Shown: piece by piece, positions 7,791 to 20,500 of the stretch
Numbering within the stretch: the stretch's first letter is position 1
Layout: the number at the start of each line of letters is the position of its first letter
Source: a virus
IMG/VR virus record: IMGVR_UViG_3300043399_000788
Location: 15,302 to 79,301 of that record
Reading direction: 5' to 3' (one strand)
DNA length: 64,000 nucleotides
Made by a program: the position numbers and the translations under genes
Notes under the pieces: model-generated
Seen by the model: only the letters and a program-made list of their open reading frames with translations
Database searches by the model: none
Told to the model about the DNA's origin: nothing

Positions 7791-10442
7791 ATGGCATATA
7801 CAGTAAACAAAGCACAAACAACAAATAATGATAGAAGAACTGGATCGCACATATATCCAGGAACATTCTTAGCTGAAGTTATGCACAATCAAGATCCACA
7901 AAAAGCTGGAAGATTGTGGGTTTACATTTCAGAATTTGGGTACGATAAAAAAGATCCTGCGTCGTGGGTTGTAGTTTCATACGCTAGTCCTTTTTACGGT
8001 ATAAGCCCACACACAGCGCCTGTTCCACCTAGCACAAGTTCTTCAGGGACAGCAATGGGAGGATTTGCAGGCGGACCAAGTGAAGTTGCACAAAGACAAC
8101 AACAGGAACAAGAACAACCAGTAACTACGTATGGTTTTTGGGCTATTCCTCCTGATGTTGGTGTAAAAGTATTATGTACTTTCGTAGAAGGAAACTCTAC
8201 ATACGGTTATTGGTATGCAATTGTTCCAACAATTAGTCACAGTATGATTCCTGCAATGGGGGCACCAGACGGCAAAAGTCCAGTTATGGATATCAATCCG
8301 TTATCACCAAAAATTCCTACAACAGAAGATTTAGATTCTCTCGAGCGTCAACCATATCAACCGTTAGTACAACAATTTACTACACAAGGAATTGCAGAAG
8401 ATCCACTACGCGGTCCAATTACATCTAGTAGCTTTAGAGAAAGTCCAAGTCGAGTATTTGGTATCAGCAGTCAAGTTACTCCAGAATCTCCTGGTCACAC
8501 ATTTGTTATGGATGATGGTGACGCACAGGGCAAAAACAAATTAATACGTTTAAGAACTTCTGGTGGCAATCAAATATCTATGCACGATGATACTGGTATG
8601 ATTTATTTGATAAATGCACAAGGAACAGGTTGGATAGAAATAAGCCCAAGCGGTCAAATAGATGTGTTTGGTGCTGAAGGCATTAACCTAGCAACTCCAA
8701 AGAGTATTAACTTACATGCAACAGAAAATGTAAACATACATGCAGGAAACTGTGTAAAAATTGTTGGCATGAAAGGCACAAAAGTTATGGGCGGCGAAGA
8801 ATTGCAGCTACATGGCAAAAAAACAATGATTGAAGGGGTTGATAGTTTACATGTTCACTCCTGTGGTGAAATGATGTATACATCGTATGGTGATATACAT
8901 ATGAAGGCATTCAATTACTTCTGTCTAAAAGGTAAGTGTTTTTATTGGAATAGTTGTACAGCTAAAGAAGCAGAACAAGTTCCTCCAGAAAAACCACAAG
9001 ACGTAAGTGGTTATCAAACTACTGTTACACGAGCTCCTAGTAAAGAACCTTACAAAGAACACGATAATGGTCAAAGTCAAGGCGGTGGCAGTGCATCAGC
9101 TGGTGGAACAGGTGCTAGTGGCGGCGGCGGAAGCGCAACTGACGCAGGCGGTATGTTTGGTGGAATAACAGGAGGCGGACCAGCAGCACTAAACAATCCT
9201 GTAACAATGTCTAACTTTGCTAATCCAAAAACTACAACTCAGTTAGCTGGCGGAACACTCGCAGGCGCTGGCGGCTTAACAGGATTAGCAGCAATGAGCG
9301 ATCCTTCAAGTCCATTTAGGGCAACAGCTAGTGCTGGTATTACGCCAACAAATTCCGTTAGTTCATATGGAATGAACTTTAATGGTGGTAAACCAACTTC
9401 TGTTGCAATTGCACCGTCTGCGACTATTGCTTCTCCTAGTGCAGCTAGAAACACCACGATGCAGGGTGCTGTGAGAACTTCCTCAGGAACTTCCGTATCA
9501 TCAACGTATACAGCAGCTACTACAGTATCCGGTGGACCAGGTGCTCCACTTTATACTAAACCATCAACTATTACTATCAATACTTCGACAACTTCACAAG
9601 TTGGGCCTAATCCAAGTACAACAAGTACTACAACGCAAAACATTGATACATCTACGGCGGCAGCTAACCCTTACTTAGGCAGGGGAGGTCAACAACCAGT
9701 TGGAGCAGATTCTGCATTAGCAAACGTTGAAACACCGGGTCAACAACCAACTGGCGTATTTGGTTCACAGAATCCTGCAGATCAAACATTAACAGGAAAC
9801 ACCCCTGCACAAGAAGCAAGCAATGCTCTTGGTCAAATGGGAGGCATGTCGCCAAGTTCAGATCTTCCAGCAGCACCAGGCGGTGGCGGAACAGGATGCT
9901 TCGCACAAGGTGATAATTGTGAAAGACCAGCAGACCAAACCGGTGGAAGTGGCGCACCAGGCGGCAACGCACAGCCAGGTCAAAAGAACTTTACTCCACC
10001 TGATGAGTTAAAAAATGATCCAGAATTCCAAAAGAAACTTGCGGAGATGAAAGCAAAGTATCCTGGACTAACTGATCAACAAATTTACAACGTAATTGGT
10101 GGTGAATCTGGGTTTAACTTTGCTGCGGTCAACAGCCAATCTGGTGCAACAGGGGCATTCCAATTTATACCTAGTACAGCAGCAGGGTTAGGTTATTCAA
10201 CTGCACAAATACAAGCAATGACCCCAGCACAGCAATTAGGTGTTTACGATCAATATCTAGCATCAAACGGATACAAAGGTGGCGCACTTGGAATTATGCA
10301 AGCTGCGCCAAAATATGCTGGTGCATCCGGTAACACAATTGTTTATCAAAGAGGCAGTGCAGCTTGGAATCAAAATCCAGGATGGCGCGGATCTGACGGT
10401 AACATTACAGTAGATAGTATCAATAGATACTATGGTTACTAA
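7791..10442 (+). CDS. gp5-like baseplate central spike with C-terminal lytic transglycosylase/lysozyme-like domain
   Basis: OB-fold DPQKAGRLWV...PPDVGVKVL, beta-helix GHTFVMDD...LRTSGGNQI, a G/S/T-rich linker, then GESGFNFAAVN..SGATGAFQFIPSTA (SLT-type catalytic E and GxxQ motifs). Confidence 0.8.
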   Translation: MAYTVNKAQTTNNDRRTGSHIYPGTFLAEVMHNQDPQKAGRLWVYISEFGYDKKDPASWVVVSYASPFYGISPHTAPVPPSTSSSGTAMGGFAGGPSEVAQRQQQEQEQPVTTYGFWAIPPDVGVKVLCTFVEGNSTYGYWYAIVPTISHSMIPAMGAPDGKSPVMDINPLSPKIPTTEDLDSLERQPYQPLVQQFTTQGIAEDPLRGPITSSSFRESPSRVFGISSQVTPESPGHTFVMDDGDAQGKNKLIRLRTSGGNQISMHDDTGMIYLINAQGTGWIEISPSGQIDVFGAEGINLATPKSINLHATENVNIHAGNCVKIVGMKGTKVMGGEELQLHGKKTMIEGVDSLHVHSCGEMMYTSYGDIHMKAFNYFCLKGKCFYWNSCTAKEAEQVPPEKPQDVSGYQTTVTRAPSKEPYKEHDNGQSQGGGSASAGGTGASGGGGSATDAGGMFGGITGGGPAALNNPVTMSNFANPKTTTQLAGGTLAGAGGLTGLAAMSDPSSPFRATASAGITPTNSVSSYGMNFNGGKPTSVAIAPSATIASPSAARNTTMQGAVRTSSGTSVSSTYTAATTVSGGPGAPLYTKPSTITINTSTTSQVGPNPSTTSTTTQNIDTSTAAANPYLGRGGQQPVGADSALANVETPGQQPTGVFGSQNPADQTLTGNTPAQEASNALGQMGGMSPSSDLPAAPGGGGTGCFAQGDNCERPADQTGGSGAPGGNAQPGQKNFTPPDELKNDPEFQKKLAEMKAKYPGLTDQQIYNVIGGESGFNFAAVNSQSGATGAFQFIPSTAAGLGYSTAQIQAMTPAQQLGVYDQYLASNGYKGGALGIMQAAPKYAGASGNTIVYQRGSAAWNQNPGWRGSDGNITVDSINRYYGY

Positions 10443-10617
10443 GTTTTTCTTGTTCCACATGCATAATAGCTAAACGCATTTGCCAAACAGTATCATTTGG
10501 AATTGCGTTTAGCTTTTCCAACTCATCTACTAAGTCAGCGAGCGACATTTCAATTGGTTGATTGTGGCTATTTTTAAGCAAGTTAAATGTAATTGAATAA
10601 ATTCTATCGTTTTGCAT
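10420..10617 (-). CDS. Small hypothetical protein (65 aa), antisense insertion in the baseplate operon
   Basis: Fills the gap between the gp5-like and gp25-like genes and has its own consensus promoter immediately upstream. Confidence 0.6.
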   Translation of the reverse strand: MQNDRIYSITFNLLKNSHNQPIEMSLADLVDELEKLNAIPNDTVWQMRLAIMHVEQEKLSNHSIY

Positions 10618-10624
10618 AGTGAGT

Positions 10625-10652
10625 ATTTTATTACAAATAGTACATCTGTCAA
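10625..10652 (-). promoter_or_regulatory. Sigma70-type promoter TTGACA-16-TAAAAT, predicted leaderless
   Basis: Minus-strand TTGACA at 10652-10647 and TAAAAT at 10630-10625; ATG 7 nt downstream at 10617. Confidence 0.65.
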
Positions 10653-10654
10653 CT

Positions 10655-10662
10655 AATAAATA
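10655..10662 (+). promoter_or_regulatory. Late promoter box AATAAATA
   Basis: T4-like late -10 element 5 nt upstream of the gp25-like ATG; no SD. Confidence 0.65.
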
Positions 10663-10667
10663 ATTTC

Positions 10668-11036
10668 ATGGCACTATATGTTGGGTACTCTACAATTGAT
10701 CAAAACAAGAGCGTTACGTTAACTGACGCCGATTTAATTAAGCGTGATCTAATCAATCATTTCCATATTCGCCGTGGCGAAAAGCTTATGAATCCAAATT
10801 TTGGTACTATTATTTGGGATAGTATTTTTGAACCGTTTACAGAACAGCTTAAAGTAGCTATCGTTGATGACGTTACACGTATAGCTAGATACGATCCTAG
10901 AGTACAAGTTGATCAAATATTAGTCGATCAGTTTGAGCATGGTATATTAATTGAATTACGTTTGAACTACGTAGCAAGTAACGAAGTTGAAACTTTAAAA
11001 TTAATCTTTGATCGTAACGTTGTTGAACGTTATTAA
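10668..11036 (+). CDS. gp25-like baseplate wedge protein
   Basis: LIKRDLINHFHIRRGEKLMNPNFGT...YDPRV gp25/GPW motif. Confidence 0.85.
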   Translation: MALYVGYSTIDQNKSVTLTDADLIKRDLINHFHIRRGEKLMNPNFGTIIWDSIFEPFTEQLKVAIVDDVTRIARYDPRVQVDQILVDQFEHGILIELRLNYVASNEVETLKLIFDRNVVERY

Positions 11037-11055
11037 AACTCCTGTTTATATTCAA

Positions 11056-11063
11056 AATAAATA
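11056..11063 (+). promoter_or_regulatory. Late promoter box AATAAATA
   Basis: Intergenic, 26 nt upstream of the gp6-like gene. Confidence 0.6.
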
Positions 11064-11088
11064 ACAATATACATTAGAAAGATCAAAG

Positions 11089-14000
11089 ATGGCTGTTACC
11101 ATTCGTCAATCAAACTTATTTGCCGCAGAAGATTGGAAGAGACTTTATACAACATTTCGTACTGCTGACTTTCAAAGCTATGATTACGAAACTCTAAGAA
11201 AGAGCATGGTGGATTACCTCAGGACTTATTATCCCGAGGATTTCAATGATTACATTGAATCAAGCGAATTCGTTGCCTTACTTGATCTTATCGCATTTAT
11301 GGGTCAAAGCCTAGCTTTCCGCGGTGACCTAAATGCCCGTGAAAACTTTTTAGCAACTGCTGAGCGCCGAGATAGCGTTTATCGTTTAGCAAGTATGCTT
11401 GGCTATAGTCCAAAACGACACATTAACTCTAGTGGCATGTTAAAAATTATTTCAGTAAACACAACTGAGGTATTACGTGACAGCTCAGGCCGTAACTTAG
11501 CAAATCAAACAATTTTTTGGGATGATCCTACTAACTTAGATTGGCAGGAACAATTTACAGCAGTTTTAAATGCTGCTTTGCAGCCAGGTCAACGTGTTGG
11601 TCGTCCAAGCGGTAGCTTAATTGTTGGTGATGTTTTAAATGAACTTTATCAACTTAGATTGCGTCCAAACCTAGTCCCTGTTTTTCCATTTACTGCAACA
11701 GTAAACGGTACTGCATATCCATTTGAAGCATATAGTATTGGTTTAAATCCAACTAAGGGAATGTACGAAGTTCCTCCGCAAGCTAGTGATAGTTTTGGAT
11801 TAGTATACAGAAGTGATGGAAGAGGAAACGCAAGTAGTAATACTGGATTCTTTATTGGTTTTAAACAAGGTCAATTAAACAATTTAGATTTTACATTAAC
11901 TGAATCGTTACCAAATAGATTAATTGGTTTAAACTTAGAAAATATCAATAATAATGATGTATGGTTGTATGAGTTAAGCGATGCTGGCGGTATTCTAAGA
12001 GAGTGGCGTCAGATTGAAAATTTAAGAGACAGTAACATCATATACAATGCAGTTGCAGAAGAAGAACGTAATCTGTATTCTATTTCATCTAGAATTAATG
12101 ATCAAATAGATTTAATTTTTGGTGACGGAATTTTCTCAGATATTCCCGTTGGTCGTTTTAGAGCAACGGTGCGTGTTAGCAATGGAATAGCTTATAATAT
12201 TCCTCCTTCTGCAATGCAAGGCGTAAATCTAAGCATTGCATATGTAAGTAAACAAAATAGAATTGAAGCTATTACAGTTAGAGCCGCACTTCAATATACC
12301 GTTAATAATGCTGAAGCAAGAGAAGAAATTAACGAAATCAAAGCTAATGCTCCTCAATATTATTATACTCAAAATCGTATGATTAATGGTCAGGATTACA
12401 ATGTTTTCCCATATACAAAGTATAACGAGATATCTAAAGTTAAATCTGTCAATCGAACAGCAAGTGGCATTAGTCGCTTTTTGGATGTAAAAGACTCAAC
12501 AGGTAAATATTCAAGCACAAATGTTTTCTGCGATGATGGTTATGTTTTTAAAACTAGTGTAACTGAAGGAACAACATTTACTTGGACTAATTTAAATGAT
12601 ATTAGAAAATTTATTAGAAATTATATAAGAGAAATTATTAACAGTAAACCAAGTATTCATTTGTATTATAGTGGTTTTACACCTGCAACACTAACTGAAA
12701 CACTTTGGATTAGAGGAACTGCTGAAAGTGGTATTAGCACTGGTTATTTTAGTAACTTAGATTATGTTCCTTGGAAAGCTGGGGAAGCAGCATCAGGTCA
12801 AAGAAGATTAATTAAACCAGGTGCATTAATTAAATTCAATGCACCTGCTGGAGAATTTTTTGATTTAGAAGGTCAGCTAACAGAAGGCGAACCAGCTCTT
12901 GCTGGTGAAACAACTACAAAGTGGGCGAGTGTTGTAAGCGTAATTGAAGATGGATCAAATGCAGGTAAAGGATTAAATGATTCTGGTATTGGTCCAATTA
13001 TTTTAAGCGAAAATATTCCAAGTAGATCAATAGCGAGTTTAATTTACGCCAGCTATAGTACAGAACTTCCAGCTACTTTTGAACAAGAAGTTGTAAGCAA
13101 CATTACTAATAATTTAGATTTTGCTATACGTTACGATGATAGTTCACAAACATGGGTATTAGTTGATGGTTCATCATTTGATATAGATGAAGAATTTGAC
13201 GAAAGTAATTCAAGAAGAAATTGGCTAATTGCTATGATTAACAATGGTAGCACTTACACTGTTTTATCTCGTGGTATTGAGTATATTTTTGGCAGTGTAC
13301 TAGATACACGTTTCTATTTTGATTCAGCTACACGTATCTATGATTCACGTTCAGGAACAGTAATTAAAGATACAATTAAGTTTTTAAAATTTAATGATGA
13401 TCCAAGCGGGGTTGGCACTTTACCACAAGATTTAGCAATGGAAATTTATGATTCACTTTCATATCCTGATGGCTATAAAGATGATACTGTAATAAAAATT
13501 ACATTTGCAGATAGTGATAATGACGGTGTTCCAGACGACCCAACTATTTTTGATTTAGTCGTTGGTGAAGATGCTGAAATTACTGATGTTGATAAGCTTG
13601 TATTTTTAGAAAAATATTTTGATTTTGATAATATTGAGCGATACAGATGGAGAGATACTGCAACTATATCTACAGCATACGGAACTTTTTCAGAGCTTGA
13701 GCTAGAAGGAAAATACAGTAATCCAGTAGGTACAGTATTCTATGCTTATCAAGATCAAAAGTTTTATGTGCTTACGTTAGTTGAAGATATTAGAACACTG
13801 TATGAATCAAGCGACTTTGTTGTTAGAATTGGAAGATCTGATATAAGATTCCAATATAGACACAATAGTCCAAACGATAGACGCATTGATCCAAGTCCAA
13901 CTAACATAATTGACATGTATGTGTTAACTAGTTCTTATGATGTTGAATATCGCAGATATCTAAAAGACATTACAAATACAGTTATAAAGCCAGAACCAAT

Positions 14001-14517
14001 GACTACTATTGATATGTCATTGTTGTTCCAAGATTTAGAAAACTTTAAAGCAACTAGTGACGCAATTGTATTCAATCCTGTTAGATATAAACCATTGTTT
14101 GGTTCTAAAGCAGATCCAATTTTACAAGCAACATTTAAGGTGGTACGTAGTGATAGTACAAGATTGACTAACACACAAATACGTAACAACCTCATTAATG
14201 CTGTCGATAAATACTTTGCAATTGAAAATTGGGATTTTGGAGATACTTTTTACTTCTCAGAATTGGCGGGTTATTTGCATAAAGAACTAAGCACAGATGT
14301 AGCAGCAATTGTAATTGTTCCTAAATTAGAATCGTTACAATTTAGCGATTTTATGCAAATTAAAGCAAGAGCAGATGAGTTGCTAATATCAGCAGCAACA
14401 GTCGATGATGTTGAAATTATAGATTCAATCACAGCAAGCAGATTAAAAGCAACACCAAGTTCTGCAATATTCTCAGGTGCAGCACTAGCAAATAGAACTA
14501 TTATTGGAGGTTATTAA
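11089..14517 (+). CDS. gp6-like baseplate wedge subunit
   Basis: DYETLRKSMVDYL...FNDYIESS...LLDLIAF...ENFLATAERRDSVYRLASMLGYSPK; FGDGIF; TQNRMINGQDY. Confidence 0.85.
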   Translation: MAVTIRQSNLFAAEDWKRLYTTFRTADFQSYDYETLRKSMVDYLRTYYPEDFNDYIESSEFVALLDLIAFMGQSLAFRGDLNARENFLATAERRDSVYRLASMLGYSPKRHINSSGMLKIISVNTTEVLRDSSGRNLANQTIFWDDPTNLDWQEQFTAVLNAALQPGQRVGRPSGSLIVGDVLNELYQLRLRPNLVPVFPFTATVNGTAYPFEAYSIGLNPTKGMYEVPPQASDSFGLVYRSDGRGNASSNTGFFIGFKQGQLNNLDFTLTESLPNRLIGLNLENINNNDVWLYELSDAGGILREWRQIENLRDSNIIYNAVAEEERNLYSISSRINDQIDLIFGDGIFSDIPVGRFRATVRVSNGIAYNIPPSAMQGVNLSIAYVSKQNRIEAITVRAALQYTVNNAEAREEINEIKANAPQYYYTQNRMINGQDYNVFPYTKYNEISKVKSVNRTASGISRFLDVKDSTGKYSSTNVFCDDGYVFKTSVTEGTTFTWTNLNDIRKFIRNYIREIINSKPSIHLYYSGFTPATLTETLWIRGTAESGISTGYFSNLDYVPWKAGEAASGQRRLIKPGALIKFNAPAGEFFDLEGQLTEGEPALAGETTTKWASVVSVIEDGSNAGKGLNDSGIGPIILSENIPSRSIASLIYASYSTELPATFEQEVVSNITNNLDFAIRYDDSSQTWVLVDGSSFDIDEEFDESNSRRNWLIAMINNGSTYTVLSRGIEYIFGSVLDTRFYFDSATRIYDSRSGTVIKDTIKFLKFNDDPSGVGTLPQDLAMEIYDSLSYPDGYKDDTVIKITFADSDNDGVPDDPTIFDLVVGEDAEITDVDKLVFLEKYFDFDNIERYRWRDTATISTAYGTFSELELEGKYSNPVGTVFYAYQDQKFYVLTLVEDIRTLYESSDFVVRIGRSDIRFQYRHNSPNDRRIDPSPTNIIDMYVLTSSYDVEYRRYLKDITNTVIKPEPMTTIDMSLLFQDLENFKATSDAIVFNPVRYKPLFGSKADPILQATFKVVRSDSTRLTNTQIRNNLINAVDKYFAIENWDFGDTFYFSELAGYLHKELSTDVAAIVIVPKLESLQFSDFMQIKARADELLISAATVDDVEIIDSITASRLKATPSSAIFSGAALANRTIIGGY

Positions 14518-14520
14518 TAG

Positions 14521-17500
14521 ATGGCATACAGAAGGTCTTTAGATTTTCTACCAAACGTTTTTAGAACAGAGGTAAATGAAAAATTTTTACACGCCACTAT
14601 TGATCAGTTAATTAGTGAACCAGAATTAAAGAGAGTTGATGGTTATATTGGTCGCAGATTTAGTCCTGTTTCAGGATCAAATGATTCTTTTATTAATGAG
14701 TTAACAACATCAAGACAAAATTATCAACTTGAACCTCACACAACATATCTCGATGATGATAGCAAAGTTAGATTTACTGCAGGTTATGTTGATTTATTAC
14801 GTAGAATTGAATCTTTAGGTGGTTTTACAAATAACCATTCGAGATTGTTTAGCGATACAACTTACAACTATGACGGTTTTATTGACTACGATAAATTCTT
14901 AAACTACAGTTCTTATTACTGGATACCAAACGGACCAAATGCTGTTCCAGTTTACTCAACTGAAATTCCATTACAGCAAGAATTTAATGTAGTTCCACCA
15001 AATTTATATCAAATTGTTAACGGTGAATATGAAAAAGAAAAGTTTGATTTTTTAGCATTTGATGTTAGTGAAAATACTATTTCTCGAGTAAGAGAAGATG
15101 GTATTAGATTTGATGTAACTGGTGATAGAATTAATCCAACTATTAGATTAGCACGCGGTGGCGTTTATACATTTAATGTAGATCAAGTTGGTCATGGTCT
15201 CTTTATACAAACTCAACCAGGTACCACTGAAGAATTAGGCTGGCAAGGTAATTTAAGTAGTAGAGATGTTTTTGGTGTTGAAAACAATGGAGAAGACGTT
15301 GGTACTATTACTTTTAAAGTACCAGAAATAAATGCTCAAGATTTCTTCTTAAGAATGCCAGTTTTTGCTTCAGCCAATTTGTTAGCGCACAGCAGACGAC
15401 GCAATAGAGATTTGCGTTATAATGAAATTCATTATCAAAAGTATAACGATATAGTTTCAAAATTTGGTGGTATTGATGGGCAATATATGTTGGAAGGAAA
15501 AACTATTGTTTTCCCACGTGATCCAGCAACCGGAAAAAATCCTCAACCTTGGGCACCAAATACAGAATTTTTTGAAGGTGATTTGATACAATACGCTAAT
15601 ACAGTTTATCGAGTATTAGAAACATATACAACTGGCAGGATGTTTACAGATACAAAGCTAGAAGTTTATGATTTACAAGAATCTTGGTTTGATCCAGACC
15701 CATTTGATTCTGTTGATCATTCATTTGATTCACGCGGGTTTGATATTGGAAACGATGTAAGTTTTGAACATCGTAGAGGTATTTTTAATATCACAATTAA
15801 TCAAGATGGGTATGTTGTTTTACAACCAGGTAGTGTAATACCAAGAAATAATCAAGTAAAAATACTTGAAGGTGTTGCATATGGTAACAAGAGTGTTTAT
15901 CGTAATAGTAACGATGACATCGTCCTAATGCCTTTAACAACTGCAAACTTAGATAGATTCTATTATGCAGATAGTTTAGATCCAAACATTGGTGGCGTAA
16001 TTGAAATTGTAGATCAAAATAATAACAGTTACATTGATGTTCTTGGAAGTATTATCGGTAAACCTAATTACGAAAGTCCAAACAACGTTAAACTCACAAA
16101 CGGATTAAAAATAAAGTTTTTAACAGATGTTATCCCAACAGAATACGCAAATAAAACTTATTATGTTGAAGGTGTTGGTAAAGCAATAAAGCTAGTCGAT
16201 GAAGATACTCTGCTAGCTAATGAAACATGGTTAAATACTATTGAAAGTCCTTTTGATTTAAATGATTTTGATGCTGAAGGTTTTTCAGCGTCAACAAATA
16301 GCCCATTAAACCCAGACTATTTTGTAATCAATAGAAGCAGTATTGAACAAAGCGGATGGACACGACACAATCGTTGGTTCCATAAAGATGTAATTGAACT
16401 AACATCTAAATATAATAATTTTAATATTTCTATTGATTCTTCTGCTAGAGCAAAAAGACCAATTTTAGAATTTGATCCAAACTTGCAATTGTTTAATTTT
16501 GGACAAATCGCTAAAAAAGCAGTTGATGTTATAGATACAAAAACTGTAGATGCATTAAGTTTGGTAGAAGGCAAAGCTGTAAAGTCTATTGATTCAAATA
16601 TAGTTTATTTTACAGGATCAGCATCAGCAGTAGCTGAGTTCCGGTTAGAAAAAGAAAGAGAAGGTTACACAGTAGTTCGTGAAACTAGTCAAGGTGGCGT
16701 AGTTACTATACAAATGAAGCTGCAAGGAATATCAGGTTACTATATTGATGATGTTCCGCTATCTCCAGGTATGCGAGTAATATTTACTGCCGACACTGAC
16801 CCTGATGTTCGCAACAAAATTTATCAAGTAGAATGGATTAGACCACAAAACGAAACAGATGACCGAGTATGGGATTTTGTTTCTGATGGTAGCACTAACA
16901 GTTTTGATTTAAATTTCAATGTAGCTGATGCTAGTAGACTACAAGTATTTGTGAACGGAATTGATGCTAGTTCACAAGGATATTATTGGTCTTATTTGCT
17001 AGCAACACAAAACATTGTATTTTCTTTAAACACTCCTCCAGCAGATGCAAATATTACAGTATCTCTTGAATTTGACGAACAGATCCATCTTGTATTAGCA
17101 GAAGACAGTGAAGTACAGGAAGGTGATTGTGTTTATGTTAAGCAAGGTTTAAACTATCAAGGTAAAATGTTCCACTTCCTCAACGATATGTGGAAAGAAG
17201 CTCAACAGAAAACTAAAATTAATCAACCTCCTTTATTTGATTTATATGATGAAAATAGAGTAAGCTTTGGTGATACTACTGCTTATAGCAGCACAGATTT
17301 TAATGGATGTAAACTATTTGGGTATGAAATAGGAACTGGTATTGTTGATCCTATACTAGGAATTAAACTAAAGTATAAAAATATCAATAATATTGGTGAT
17401 ATTGTTTTAGGAGATTTTATTTCTAAAGATACTTTTCTTTATAGAGAAGGTCAGCAAAGTATAACTAAATCAACTATTGGGGCTAAAGTAAAAGAAAATC

Positions 17501-20500
17501 TACCTGACAGAACATTTACTTTTAGAAATCAATGGAGAAAAGTTAGACAAAAAGGCAGACAACCACAGTTGCAAACATATTACGCAACTGATTATAAAAA
17601 GAATCTATTTAAATTAAATGTAATGCCTGATGGTATTACAAATCAAATGCTTACAAACGTTATTGTTTATATAAACAATAAATTACTTTTCAATAATAGA
17701 TATGACCTACAGATTGAAGATAACAATGCTTATCTATTGTTAGATAATGATCTAAAAGTAGGGGATAAGATTGATATTAAAGTTTACTCATCAGAGATTA
17801 ATGAGAATAGTATATTTGGCGTTCCACTAAATTATACAAATAATCCATTCAATAAAGAAGTTACTGATGTTACGCTTGGTCAATTCCGTACTCATATTGA
17901 TAGTTGTATTGAAGATATCCCTAATATAAGTGATGAACCATTATCTCCTAATAATATTAGAGATACATTAGATATTAAATCATTCCGTGGAACTATATTA
18001 CAACATAGCGGTGCAACACATATTGCCAACTTCCTATTAAACGATACACAAGCAAATTTTGTTAGCGCAGTTATAAACGCACAAAGAGAATATGTAAGAT
18101 TTAAAAATAGATTTATTCAATTAACAGAAGAATTAATGTTAATTAATGAATCTCCATCTGAAACTCTTGAAAAAGTAATGAATGAAATTGTTGCTAACAA
18201 GAATAAAAATTTTGCTTATTTTACTAGCGACATGTTGCCATTTGGAAATGATTACAATAAGAGAATTTATAAAGTATATGATACAAGATTAACCACTTAT
18301 GATTTAAGTGAGATATTTAATATATCTAATCCAAGTTCAAAATCAGTTTTAGTTTATCTAAACAACAGACAATTAATACTTGGTAAAGATTATGAAATTT
18401 TAACCGAACGACCAATTATCGAATTAAATTTAACTAATGTTACGTTGAATGAAAACGATATAATTGAAATAAGAGAATATACAACTACAGATGGTAGCTA
18501 TATTCCACCAACTCCTACTAAGCTTGGACTTTATCCTGTATTTGTTCCAACTTTTGTTGTAGATGGATACGGTGAAAATGCACGTAAAATGATTCGTGGC
18601 CACGATGGTAGTTTGAATACTACATTTGATGACAACAGAGATAATGTTATACTCGAATTAGAAACTAGGATTTTTAACAATATTAAATCTGCTTATAACA
18701 TAGATAGATTTGACATTTGGAATTATATTCCAGGCGCATTTAGAAAAACAGATTATAATCTTGACGAATTTAATTCAATATTAAGCAGTCATTTCTCTGC
18801 ATGGAGTGGATCAAATTCCATTGCTGTTAGCGATTATAGACAATACGATGCAAATGATTCTTTTACATACAACTACGGAAGATTTACTAACAGAGTTGAT
18901 GGAAAAATGATGCCAGCATCTAGCTGGAGAGGAATGTATCGTTATTATTACGATACAGATGCCCCGCACTTGCGCCCATGGGAAATGCTAGGCTTTGTTG
19001 AAAAACCATCTTGGTGGGATATAACTTATGGTCCTGCTCCTTACACAAGCGGAAACACAGTGCTTTGGGGAGATATCGAAGCAGGTAAAATTCTATTTGG
19101 AGAAAGAGCCGGCGTAGATTCTAGATTTGCAAGACCAGGTTTAAGCAACATTCTTCCAGTCGACGAAAACGGCGAACTATTGAGCCCAATGAATTGCTTA
19201 ACTAAAGATACTAGCGAATTAGATGTAAGCGGTTTCTTTAAATTTGGTGATGGTGGACCAGTTGAAACTGCATGGAAGCAAAGCAGTGAATATCCATTTG
19301 TATTGCAAATTGCAATAGCATTGATGAAACCAAGCGAATATTTTGGTGTTAACATTGATGCTAACAAACAAATTATTGATTTATTTGATGAACAAGAAAT
19401 TTTTATAGAAACAGGTATTAGAGAAAGTTCTAATAGATATGTTCAAAACGAAGTAGATGAAAACAGTAATGTTTATAGAGTTAATAGCTATAGCACTTGG
19501 GTAAGCGAATATTGTAAGAGCAAAGGACTCGACGTAACTAATGCTCTAGGCAAAAAGCTACGTAAACTAGAATCAAGACTTGGTTATAAAGTCGGCGGTT
19601 ATACAGATAAGAAATACTTGCGTATTATAACTGATCAGTTTACTCCAGCAAGTGACAATCCAGGCGTTATTATTCCTGATGATGATTTTGATATTGTATT
19701 GAACAAGAGCGCACCTCTTTATAATTTAACTTATAGCGGTGTAATTGTAACTAAAACTGTTGATGGTTACAGCGTAACCGGGTATGACGATAATAAACCA
19801 TACTTTAATATTGAATCAAGTTCAGAAAACAACAATAAGAGTTATATTAAAGTTGGTAAACTTGCTGTAACAAAGTACCATGATGGTACTGGTGAAATTT
19901 ATCGCGTTCCTTACGGTACTGAATTCTTTAGTATTGATCAAGTTGCGGATTTCTTAATTAGTTACGGTCGTTATCTAACACGTCAAGGTTTCCAATTTAC
20001 AGATAAACTTGATGCTGATGCAAGTTGGTACCAAGATTGGGATTTAGCTGTACGCGAATTCTTATTCTATGTACAACAAGGGTGGGAAACTGATGTAGCA
20101 ATTAGCTTAAGTCCAGTTGGTAACAAGATCAATTATCGTAGTCCATTTGGTGCAGTCGATTCATTAAACAACAAACCACTGAGTACAAGAATATTAGATG
20201 AAGATTTTAAAATTGTTCGTGCTAATGAGTACACTGTTTATAGAAACGGCAGAGACTTTAATGCTAAAGTAGATGCAAATAGAGGAATTTATCTAGTTGA
20301 CATCGACGTAGTAGAATATGAACATGTTATTATCTTTAATAATAAAACACGCTTCAACGACGTAATTTATGATTCTATCATTGGTGATAGACAGCATCGT
20401 TTAAGGTTGCAAGGATTTAAAACAAGTGACTGGGACGGATCTTATAGTGCTGCTGGTTTCATAATTAATGAAGATAATGTTGAAGAATGGCGTCCAGGCG

